Position numbers and translations under genes: made by a program
Shown: positions 56,131 to 64,000 of the stretch, piece by piece
How the letters are laid out: each line of letters begins with the position of its first letter
Numbering within the stretch: the stretch's first letter is position 1
The notes under the pieces: model-generated
What the model saw: only the letters and a program-made list of their open reading frames with translations
The model's database searches: none
Told to the model about the DNA's origin: nothing
Assembly (NCBI GenBank): GCA_963422205.2
Contig: CAXMWX010000005.1
Location: 192,001-256,000, forward strand
DNA length: 64,000 nt
From: Gammaproteobacteria bacterium
GTDB lineage: Bacteria > Pseudomonadota > Gammaproteobacteria > Eutrophobiales > Eutrophobiaceae
Direction: 5' to 3'

Positions 56131-56263
56131 ATCACTCCCCTCACAAACCGTAAAGTCAAGCCATTGTACATCATGCCAACGATGAATTCAGGCGATCAGC
56201 AAAGCTGAAGAGGTGCTTAACGCAAGCTAAGCGATTGCAGATCACCGTCCGGCTCATCGCTGA

Positions 56264-57163
56264 TTAATCTGTCTTTTTGGCGCGCGGGTGGGCCTTGTCA
56301 TACACCTTGGCCAGATGCTGAAAATCAAGATGGGTATAGACCTGCGTGGTGCTGATATCCGCATGCCCCAGCAACTCCTGCACGGCACGCAAATCACCGC
56401 TGGACTCCAGCAGATGGGTGGCAAAAGAATGCCGCAACATGTGCGGGTGTACATGCGTATTTAATCCCTGTTTAACCGCCCATTCACGCAGGCGCACCTG
56501 CACCGTGCGGACACTGATGCGTTTGCCTCTGCGGCTGACAAACAGCGCTGGCTCATCCTCAGCCGCTAACTCAGCACGCCGCACCCGCCATGCCGCCAGC
56601 GCCTGGGCGGCTTTTTTGCCTACCGGCAGCTTGCGCTCTTTGCTCCCCTTACCCAGAACCGTGACCGTCATCTCCGCATGATCAAGGCTGTTAAGATTGA
56701 GCCCGACACACTCCGATACACGCAAACCGGAAGAGTAGATAAGCTCCAGCATCGCCCGATCCCGACAGCCCAGCAGGCTGTCATCATTAATGCTCATCAG
56801 GCGCCCGGATTGCTCGGTGTCCAGGGTGGCAGGCAGGCGCTTCTCCGCCCTGGGCGGGCGCACGCCGCTGGCCGGGTTTTGCGTCAGCTCGCCGCGCGCC
56901 ATGAGGTAACGGTAAAACGCCCGCAGCGCTGAAAGATGACGTTGCAGGCTGCGACCATTAAGGCCCTGGCGGTGTCGTTGGGTGATAAAACCACGCACCT
57001 GATGGCTGTCAACAGCCCGCCAATCGGTCACGGCATGTGCCTGGCAATACTGCTGGAAAAATTTCAGATCCCGTGCATAAGCCTTGCGGGTATGCCCGGA
57101 GAGATGGCTGATGCTGGCAAGAAACTCGGCCAGTTTATCCAGCGCAACCTGTCTCACAGGCAC
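56264..57163 (-). CDS. xerC: Tyrosine recombinase XerC
   Basis: GLRVSE, HMLRHSFATH, LGH, TQVYTH; dapF-DUF484-xerC synteny. Confidence 0.96.
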   Translation of the reverse strand: MPVRQVALDKLAEFLASISHLSGHTRKAYARDLKFFQQYCQAHAVTDWRAVDSHQVRGFITQRHRQGLNGRSLQRHLSALRAFYRYLMARGELTQNPASGVRPPRAEKRLPATLDTEQSGRLMSINDDSLLGCRDRAMLELIYSSGLRVSECVGLNLNSLDHAEMTVTVLGKGSKERKLPVGKKAAQALAAWRVRRAELAAEDEPALFVSRRGKRISVRTVQVRLREWAVKQGLNTHVHPHMLRHSFATHLLESSGDLRAVQELLGHADISTTQVYTHLDFQHLAKVYDKAHPRAKKTD

Positions 57164-57219
57164 ACCGGGCAGAGTGAAGCCAGCATCAGCAGAACGGGTG
57201 GGCGCATGTTAATCTGAAT

Positions 57220-57903
57220 CTATTCCTTGTCCTCATCCACCCAGGGCTTGAGGATGAAGGATAACACCTCGGCCATATTGGCCAGCAATTCAACCCCCAT
57301 GCTGGCCTGGAAACGATCATGATCGCAACTGCCGATCGCCATGATGCCGCCCCAGCCATTACCCTGCAAAGGCACCAGCACCGCTGAGGCAATATCATGC
57401 CCTTCATCACCGAACAAAAATCGCTGCTGCTGGTGTGGCAAATCGCCGCTGATCGGCAACCGGTTATCAATCAGGGATTTGAACAGGCCATGTTCGGCAC
57501 CGTCCGGGTCGGCAAATTCCGGGCCGGGCAGTCCATCCATGCACGCCGGTCTGGCAAACAATCGCACCGCTACCTTGTCAGCCCGGAAATGACGACTCAG
57601 GTTATCGTACAGGGTCTTAAAAATAGCCTCTGGATCAGCCGCATCCATCAGCGTCAGGGTCAGGTGATGCATGCGATGCGCCAGTTCTTCATTTTGCTTG
57701 GCAATCTCGATCAACTCATGCAGGCGTTTGCGGGTTTGCTCGTTCTGCTCCCGCAATACCTTGACCTGCCTTTCCACCAGGGAAATCGCATCACCAGAGA
57801 CATGCGGGACTCGTATCTCCGCCAGTAAATCTGGATACCTGTTGAAAAAATCAGGATGGTTGCGAAGATAATCAGCAACACCCTCATGCGTCGTATCAGT
57901 CAT
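57220..57903 (-). CDS. DUF484 (YigA) protein
   Basis: VADYLRNHPDFF, SLVERQ. Confidence 0.92.
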   Translation of the reverse strand: MTDTTHEGVADYLRNHPDFFNRYPDLLAEIRVPHVSGDAISLVERQVKVLREQNEQTRKRLHELIEIAKQNEELAHRMHHLTLTLMDAADPEAIFKTLYDNLSRHFRADKVAVRLFARPACMDGLPGPEFADPDGAEHGLFKSLIDNRLPISGDLPHQQQRFLFGDEGHDIASAVLVPLQGNGWGGIMAIGSCDHDRFQASMGVELLANMAEVLSFILKPWVDEDKE

Positions 57904-57921
57904 TTGCACTGCTGTTTATGC

Positions 57922-58758
57922 TCATATCGCTATCTGCCCGGTGTACACCTCGATCGCCGGGCCGATCATCCACACCGGCTCGCCCTCTCCCTGCCATGAT
58001 ACCTGTAAGTCACCGCCTTGCAATGTTACCGTGACCTCATTATCCAGATCGCCGTTCAAGATACCGGCAATCGTGGCCGCACAGGCACCTGTCCCACATG
58101 CCAGGGTCTCACCCACGCCACGTTCATACACCCGCAAGCGGATGCGCTGCCGATCGATCACCTGCATGAAACCCACATTCACACCGGCCGGAAACAAGCC
58201 ATGCCGCTGAATGGCCGTACCCAGCCTCTCCACCTCGGCGCTGGCGGTATCGGCTACCGACAACACCGCATGAGGATTACCCAGAGATAACACCATCGCC
58301 GTAACCTCATCCCCGCCATCGGCCAGTGCAATCGCCACCGGGTTATGCAGCTCGGCAACGGACAACGGTATCGCCTCGGCACGAAAGACCGGGATGCCCA
58401 TGGCGACTTTTACCTGCCCATCGGCCAGCAGCTCGGCCCTGACGATGCCGGCAGCCGTCTCGACAAGCAGCGTTGTATCATCATGCAGCCCTCGATCATA
58501 GAGGTAGCGGGCGATGCAGCGAAGGCCGTTACCACACTGTTCAACCTCGCCGCCATCGGCATTGAAGATACGATAACGAACAGCGGCCTGTTGCAGATCG
58601 CTGGCCTGGAGCAGCAGTAACTGATCACAACCGATACCCAGGCGGCGATCGGCAAGCCGCCTGATCTGCCCGGCGGTCAAGGACAAGGCATTAGCAAAGT
58701 CTTCCAGCACGATAAAGTCGTTCCCCAGCCCCTGCATTTTTGTAAAACAGATATTCAT
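57922..58758 (-). CDS. dapF: Diaminopimelate epimerase
   Basis: GLGNDF, QCGNG, ERGVGETLACGTG. Confidence 0.98.
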   Translation of the reverse strand: MNICFTKMQGLGNDFIVLEDFANALSLTAGQIRRLADRRLGIGCDQLLLLQASDLQQAAVRYRIFNADGGEVEQCGNGLRCIARYLYDRGLHDDTTLLVETAAGIVRAELLADGQVKVAMGIPVFRAEAIPLSVAELHNPVAIALADGGDEVTAMVLSLGNPHAVLSVADTASAEVERLGTAIQRHGLFPAGVNVGFMQVIDRQRIRLRVYERGVGETLACGTGACAATIAGILNGDLDNEVTVTLQGGDLQVSWQGEGEPVWMIGPAIEVYTGQIAI

Positions 58759-58808
58759 ACCAGCCCTATCCCGGCGAGCGCAATCGGTTCAAGCCAACAG
58801 CCAGGCGG

Positions 58809-59900
58809 TCAAGGCTTTACCTCGGGCGCCGATTCTGCCAAGTGCAGAGTCGTGGTCGGAAAGGCACATTCCGCCCCATGCTGTTCAATGATGCGGATAA
58901 TTCGCAACATGACATCTTGCTTGATCTCATGAAAACGTACCCATTCAGTCGTCTTGGTAAACGTATAGACAAAGAAATTGAGCGAAGAATCAGCAAACTC
59001 ATTGAAATTGACGATCAAGGTGGCCTTGCTGTCGATCTCCTCATGGGCGATTAACATGTCCTTAACATCCGCTGTGATTCTCTCCATCTTGTCCATGTCT
59101 TCATAGCGAATCCCCACTATCTCATAGATCCGCCGGTTGCTCATGCGTGATGGATTCTCAACCACGATGGTGGTAAATATCGCATTGGGTACATACAGGG
59201 GACGTTTATCAAAGGTAAGGATCCGGGTCAAACGCCAGCCGATCTTCTCTACCGTGCCTTCAATCTCCCGGTCCGGCGAGCGGATCCAGTCGCCAACAAC
59301 AAACGGCCGGTCCATATAGATCATCAGGCCACCGAAAAAATTAGCCAGCATGTCACGGGCGGCAAACCCAACGGCAATACCGCCCACACCACCAAAGGCA
59401 AGCACGCCGGATATGCTGTAACCCAGGGTTTGCAGGATGATCAGAAACGCCGTGATAACCACAGAAATGCGTAACAATTTGGCAATCGCATCGGCTGTTG
59501 TCAGATCAACCGGCCTGCCGGCCTGTGCACGTTTGCTGATGATGTTTTGCTCGGCACGGGCGACAAAGCGCACCAGAAACCATGCCAGCAATGCAATCAC
59601 ACCCACGCCACGTGCCGGATCAATGATCTCAAAGATGACCGCATCGGATTGGCTTTTTACAATATCGGCGGCAAACAACAAACCCAGCAGCCAGATGAGC
59701 ATACTCAAGGGGCGACTGGCTGCCTCAATTAAGGCATCGTCCCAGTAGGTAGGGGTTCTCCGTAATTGCTCAAGCAGCTTTATCAGCAGGCGTTTTTGCA
59801 ATCGGGCGATCAGCAGGGTACCGAAGACGATAATAAAAATCTGTATCGCCCAGGCTTCGTGCGCGAGAAACCCGGGCAACTTCTCTAACCATTTATCCAT
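58809..59900 (-). CDS. MscS-family mechanosensitive channel (YnaI-like)
   Basis: GGVGGIAVGFAA, RPFVVGDWI, YVPN, AFPT. Confidence 0.94.
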   Translation of the reverse strand: MDKWLEKLPGFLAHEAWAIQIFIIVFGTLLIARLQKRLLIKLLEQLRRTPTYWDDALIEAASRPLSMLIWLLGLLFAADIVKSQSDAVIFEIIDPARGVGVIALLAWFLVRFVARAEQNIISKRAQAGRPVDLTTADAIAKLLRISVVITAFLIILQTLGYSISGVLAFGGVGGIAVGFAARDMLANFFGGLMIYMDRPFVVGDWIRSPDREIEGTVEKIGWRLTRILTFDKRPLYVPNAIFTTIVVENPSRMSNRRIYEIVGIRYEDMDKMERITADVKDMLIAHEEIDSKATLIVNFNEFADSSLNFFVYTFTKTTEWVRFHEIKQDVMLRIIRIIEQHGAECAFPTTTLHLAESAPEVKP

Positions 59901-60858
59901 CAGATAATTTTAAGGAGTCGTGTTCAACCAGGCGGATGTTATAGCCGCGTTTTTTCAGCGAAGCAAGCACGCCATCCGTACCCGGCAAATGCAACACACC
60001 GATGGCGATAAAGGCGCCGCCCTGTTGCAGCCAGGGCTGCATTCTCTGTACCATTTTGGTATTCCGGGCATGCAGCAGACGCACAGCCAAGTCCTCATAC
60101 AAGGTATTATCAGCAAATGAATAACGCTGGCTGTAGCGATACATCGCCTGTAGATCAGCAGATAAATATAAGTCAATCAGCTTCTCAAAATCCTGCTCCA
60201 GCAGATCATAATGACAGACGCTATCGATCAGTAACTGCGCCTGCTCATCCGGTGAATAAGCGGTGAATACATCCGCCAGCTCCAGCATGCTCTCAAGGCC
60301 ATGAACAGCAGCACCGGATTGCTGTGCCAGCACTAGTAACTGCTCATCGAGAATCTGTCTCATGCTGGGCGGATAACTCATGGTCAGATAAGCCCCCCAG
60401 GGGCGCAACTTTGAGATCAGCGCTTCGGGCAAGTGATACGCACCGAGTATCTCAACAGCCCGGCGATAAACGTCCTCCGGGAGATAATCATACAGATAAG
60501 CATCTGCCTGGCTGAAGGACATCAGCATTTGCAGCTGCATGATCTGCTGCGGCTCAGGCAAGGCTTCCATGATGAAAGTATGACTGCCTTGAAGATACGG
60601 CCTGACAGTCTCCAGCGTGGCATCCACCTCATCATCGGCCACATGGATGGTACCAAACAGGTAGTTTGCTTCACGCCCCGGTTTGCTCACCTCCCACAGC
60701 AGGCCGTGTTTAAACTCACCAACGGGCAAGGCGGCCATCGCCTCTACCCGGACCGGACGACAGGCAGGCGAGGTAAACTTATCGGCAAACGCCAGCTCTG
60801 CCGACAGCAGGCAGGTAAATACAATAATCCAATAGCTAGGTAGTAATCTGATCATCAT
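59893..60858 (-). CDS. TraB/GumN (TIKI) family protein; start uncertain
   Basis: YLFGTIH, GLE, RN, IGVLHL, signal peptide. Confidence 0.9.
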   Translation of the reverse strand: MMIRLLPSYWIIVFTCLLSAELAFADKFTSPACRPVRVEAMAALPVGEFKHGLLWEVSKPGREANYLFGTIHVADDEVDATLETVRPYLQGSHTFIMEALPEPQQIMQLQMLMSFSQADAYLYDYLPEDVYRRAVEILGAYHLPEALISKLRPWGAYLTMSYPPSMRQILDEQLLVLAQQSGAAVHGLESMLELADVFTAYSPDEQAQLLIDSVCHYDLLEQDFEKLIDLYLSADLQAMYRYSQRYSFADNTLYEDLAVRLLHARNTKMVQRMQPWLQQGGAFIAIGVLHLPGTDGVLASLKKRGYNIRLVEHDSLKLSDG

Positions 60859-61897
60859 CCAGGTCACGCTCCGGGGTGATAGTTAATTGTGCCAGTTGCT
60901 CTGCCACTGCCAGGTGGCGCCGGCTGATAAGTAACTGTGAGATGTCCTGCGGCGGGCGACCATGCAGGCGCATGATACGCACTTGGGTGACCGGATCGTG
61001 TTCATAGCGCAACTCATCAAGCACGGTTATTGTCGCCCGATGATTATTGCAGATCAATACCATATCACACCCTGCGGCCAGGGCGGCCTCTGCACGCTCG
61101 GTATAACCGCCCGCCACCTCGGCCCCGGCCATGCTGATGTCATCGCTGAACACGGCCCCCGTAAAGCCCAGTTGCTGACGTAACACATCCTGTAGCCACT
61201 GACGGGAAAAGCCCGCCGGCCTCTCATCCACCGCCGGATAGATCACATGCGCCGGCATGATGGCCGACAACCCCTGGTTGATCAAACGCTCAAACGGCAC
61301 CATGTCCTGCATCAGGATATCCGCATAACAGCGCTCATCAATGGGGGTGATGTGATGGGAATCGGCGGCCACATACCCATGGCCGGGGAAATGTTTGCCG
61401 ACCGCCGTCATGCCAGCCGACCGCATCCCGCACATAAGACGATGCGCCAGATTCGACACCACATCCACGTCACGATGAAATGCACGATCACCGATCACGG
61501 CGCTTACCCCGTAATTCAGATCCAGCACCGGCGCAAAACTCAAATCCACGCCTGCCGCCAGTAGCTCGCTTGCCAGCAACCAGCCGGCCTCCTCACACAC
61601 ATCACGTGCGCGCTGGCAATGCCGGGCATACAGATCACCAAAGCAGGCGGCAGGCGGCAGCCGGGTAAAGCCCTGATGAAAACGCTGCACCCGGCCTCCC
61701 TCATGATCAACGGCGATGAGCAGGCGTGGTTCACGCACGGCATGGAGCTGTGCGGTGAGTGCCTGTAGCTGCGCCGGATCATGGTAATTGCGGGCAAACA
61801 GGATCACCCCGCCGGCCAGCGGATGACATAACAACTCCCGCTCCTCAGCGCTCAACTCCAGCCCCTGTATATCAAACATGATCGGGCCTAGCGACAT
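60836..61897 (-). CDS. nagZ: Beta-N-acetylhexosaminidase (GH3)
   Basis: DHEGGRVQR, KHFPGHG, DSH, SDD. Confidence 0.97.
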   Translation of the reverse strand: MSLGPIMFDIQGLELSAEERELLCHPLAGGVILFARNYHDPAQLQALTAQLHAVREPRLLIAVDHEGGRVQRFHQGFTRLPPAACFGDLYARHCQRARDVCEEAGWLLASELLAAGVDLSFAPVLDLNYGVSAVIGDRAFHRDVDVVSNLAHRLMCGMRSAGMTAVGKHFPGHGYVAADSHHITPIDERCYADILMQDMVPFERLINQGLSAIMPAHVIYPAVDERPAGFSRQWLQDVLRQQLGFTGAVFSDDISMAGAEVAGGYTERAEAALAAGCDMVLICNNHRATITVLDELRYEHDPVTQVRIMRLHGRPPQDISQLLISRRHLAVAEQLAQLTITPERDLDDDQITT

Positions 61898-62404
61898 GCT
61901 CTGTACCCCCCGTGTTAATCAACAGCAGGATAACGCCATAAACAAACCGTTACAGACAACACGGCGTACTGTCATGACGATGATCATAATATACAAGTGA
62001 CAGATAACGATAAGCAAATGCGGCCAGCGGCAGAGAAAGATATCGTATTACCGCCCGTGCGTGTTATGGGCGGCTGGTTACTTATAAGCCCTCATCGCCG
62101 TATAAAACCGGGTTAGATCAGAAAGCAACAAACCGGTCGGCCATGTCAAGACCCGCCAGGGCCGCAACCCACCAGGGCCGCAACAACGGCACCGGGCGCC
62201 CCTGGAAATGCCAACAAAGCAGTACGCTGCTCTACCGCCCGGACGACTTCTTTGAATTGCTGATTGAGCTGAGTGCACCGAGGGTGCGGGCAGCTATGCC
62301 ATGCAAATAGCAACGACCAACACAGCAGGCAAATGACTTCGCCGATGAGCTGTCAGGTGATCGCATTGGTCACGCCGGGGCGAAGCCGCCGCCTGTCGAA
62401 CAGT

Positions 62405-63961
62405 TTATTCTTTAAGTTGCAGGGCATGGCGCATCACATGGTAGAGATAGTTTTGCTCATGCACGCCGGTCAGCAGGTGCGCCCAGGGGCCGCTGGCAAA
62501 AACGGCCACATCTTCGCCGCCGTGCGTCTCTGAGGATAACGGTATCAGAGACTCATGCACATAGGAGCGGGCGGTTGTATCCGTTGAGGTGAGATCACGG
62601 CGATGCGGCTCTACCCGGCAATACGGCGGCTTGCATACGTGTGCATGTTCTGTTGTCAGACGGCGACCGCCGTTCATATAACCCAGCGTGGTGTAAGGCA
62701 GGCCATCGTCAGCCAGTGCATATAACGGCCAGGGGCCGCCCGATGCTGGCCAGTTGGGTTTCACCTTGCCCAAAATAGGATTGCCCCGAAGCGGATAGCC
62801 GGCGATGGTGAAAACATGACTGTGATCGGCGGTGACGATGATCAGCGTATTGTCGGGATCAACCATGGACAACGCCTGTTTGACGGCATCTGATAATGCA
62901 ATGGTATCGTGCAATGCCAGGTGAGCATTGGCCACATGATGACCATGATCGATACGACCGGCCTCCACCAGCAAAAAATACCCCCGACTGTTACGTTGCA
63001 GGATAGTCAGCGACCTGGCCACCATCTCAGCCAGACCAGGCTCGCCTGCCGCATCATTCGGCCGGTCAACCTGATAGCGCATGTGGCCGGGCTCAAACAA
63101 GCCCAGCAGTTTTTCCACCCTATGCACATCAACCGACTCAAATTGCTCGGCATTCCAGACATACTCCCCCTTAGGGTAACGTCTTTGCCAGGTCTCAATC
63201 AGGTTCTGCCCATCCTCACGTTCGCCCGTCAGCAAAACAGGGTATTCAGGATCGCTGCTCTGCACGGGCAGGAACTTGCTCCGCCCCCCGCCCAGCACCA
63301 CATCCATGCCATCACCATAGGGAAAGTCAACGAATTGCTGTGCTATATCTTTACATCCCTGGCCTATGGCAACGGGCGGCATATCGGCATCCGACTCCCA
63401 TCCACGTTCCGGGGTATGTGCATAGCTTGCCGCCGGGGTAGCATGTGTGATCCTGGTCGTGCTGATGATCCCGGTGCTGTATCCTGCTTGTTCCAAGAGC
63501 TCAAGCAACGTCATCATCTGCTTGCCCCTGGCGCTGCGGCAATCGCCTCGCATCGCTTCCTGATTAACGCTGATAAAACCCGCCCGGGTCTTGATCCCCG
63601 TCATGATAGCCGACATGGTACCGGCAGAGTCAGCCACCTGCTGATCGGTGTTATAGGTCTTGACCAACGCCGTATAGGGCAGCATCTCAAAAGCCAGGCT
63701 GTTCTCCTCGCCGCTCCTGCCCTGTTGCTGGCCTTGCAGAATGCGCGCCGCGGTGATGGTCGATATCCCCATCCCATCACCTAAAAATAAAATAATATTG
63801 CGGGCCGGCCGGGTATTGATTTTCTGCTCAAGCCCCCTCATCAAGGCCGCCTGACCGTGCCGATACCAACTATCAGGGGTTTCATCGGCAAGCAAAAATT
63901 CACCGCCGCCGATAAAAGCAAACATGAACACCGCCAGGCAGGCAACAGGTCTACACATCAT
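62405..63961 (-). CDS. Alkaline phosphatase (PhoA superfamily, animal-type subgroup)
   Basis: LGDGMG, DSAG catalytic Ser, THATPA, EAGRIDHGHH, TADH, THGGEDV; signal peptide. Confidence 0.95.
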   Translation of the reverse strand: MMCRPVACLAVFMFAFIGGGEFLLADETPDSWYRHGQAALMRGLEQKINTRPARNIILFLGDGMGISTITAARILQGQQQGRSGEENSLAFEMLPYTALVKTYNTDQQVADSAGTMSAIMTGIKTRAGFISVNQEAMRGDCRSARGKQMMTLLELLEQAGYSTGIISTTRITHATPAASYAHTPERGWESDADMPPVAIGQGCKDIAQQFVDFPYGDGMDVVLGGGRSKFLPVQSSDPEYPVLLTGEREDGQNLIETWQRRYPKGEYVWNAEQFESVDVHRVEKLLGLFEPGHMRYQVDRPNDAAGEPGLAEMVARSLTILQRNSRGYFLLVEAGRIDHGHHVANAHLALHDTIALSDAVKQALSMVDPDNTLIIVTADHSHVFTIAGYPLRGNPILGKVKPNWPASGGPWPLYALADDGLPYTTLGYMNGGRRLTTEHAHVCKPPYCRVEPHRRDLTSTDTTARSYVHESLIPLSSETHGGEDVAVFASGPWAHLLTGVHEQNYLYHVMRHALQLKE

Positions 63962-64000
63962 ACTGATCTCCGATTGGTGCCGATGGCCGGACTAAGAATT

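Noticed and set aside
56264-57163. Tyrosine recombinase as a possible integrase or mobile element
   Set aside because: The dapF-DUF484-xerC context and LDFQHLAKVYDKAHPRA C-terminus identify chromosomal XerC; no att sites or cargo.
62909-63784. 291-aa ORF antisense to the alkaline phosphatase
   Set aside because: Fully nested antisense frame with no domain signature.

Overview
Core housekeeping region of a gammaproteobacterium; I found no mobile element, CRISPR array, prophage or defence island. Positions 1-25.5 kb (minus strand) hold the ancestral-type transcription/translation supercluster: tRNA-Tyr/Gly/Thr, tufB, tRNA-Trp, secE, nusG, rplKAJL, rpoBC, rpsLG, fusA, tufA, the S10 operon and the start of the spc operon. 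Next come tsaC-topA-smg-dprA-LysM (minus), def-fmt-rsmB-DUF4390-ntrY/ntrX-like-trkA-trkH-methyltransferase (plus), class 1 pyrD, gpsA-secB-rhodanese, gpmI-envC-ctpA-yibQ-YiiD_C, ubiB-ubiJ-ubiE-DUF971-hslUV, xerC-DUF484-dapF-mscS-TraB-nagZ and an alkaline phosphatase. I see no new multi-gene system. The most unusual signals are inside core genes: (1) an RNA polymerase with two sizeable lineage-specific insertions (beta lobe, beta-prime SI3) plus clustered substitutions in the F-loop, bridge helix and trigger loop; (2) two apparently identical tuf copies with anomalous ATA-rich codon usage and identity running 20 nt past the stop; (3) a probable CTG start for gpsA coupled to the secB stop; (4) an L10 leader with an extra 16-bp hairpin. 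Comparisons with E. coli or Xanthomonas are from memory and need confirming by alignment.
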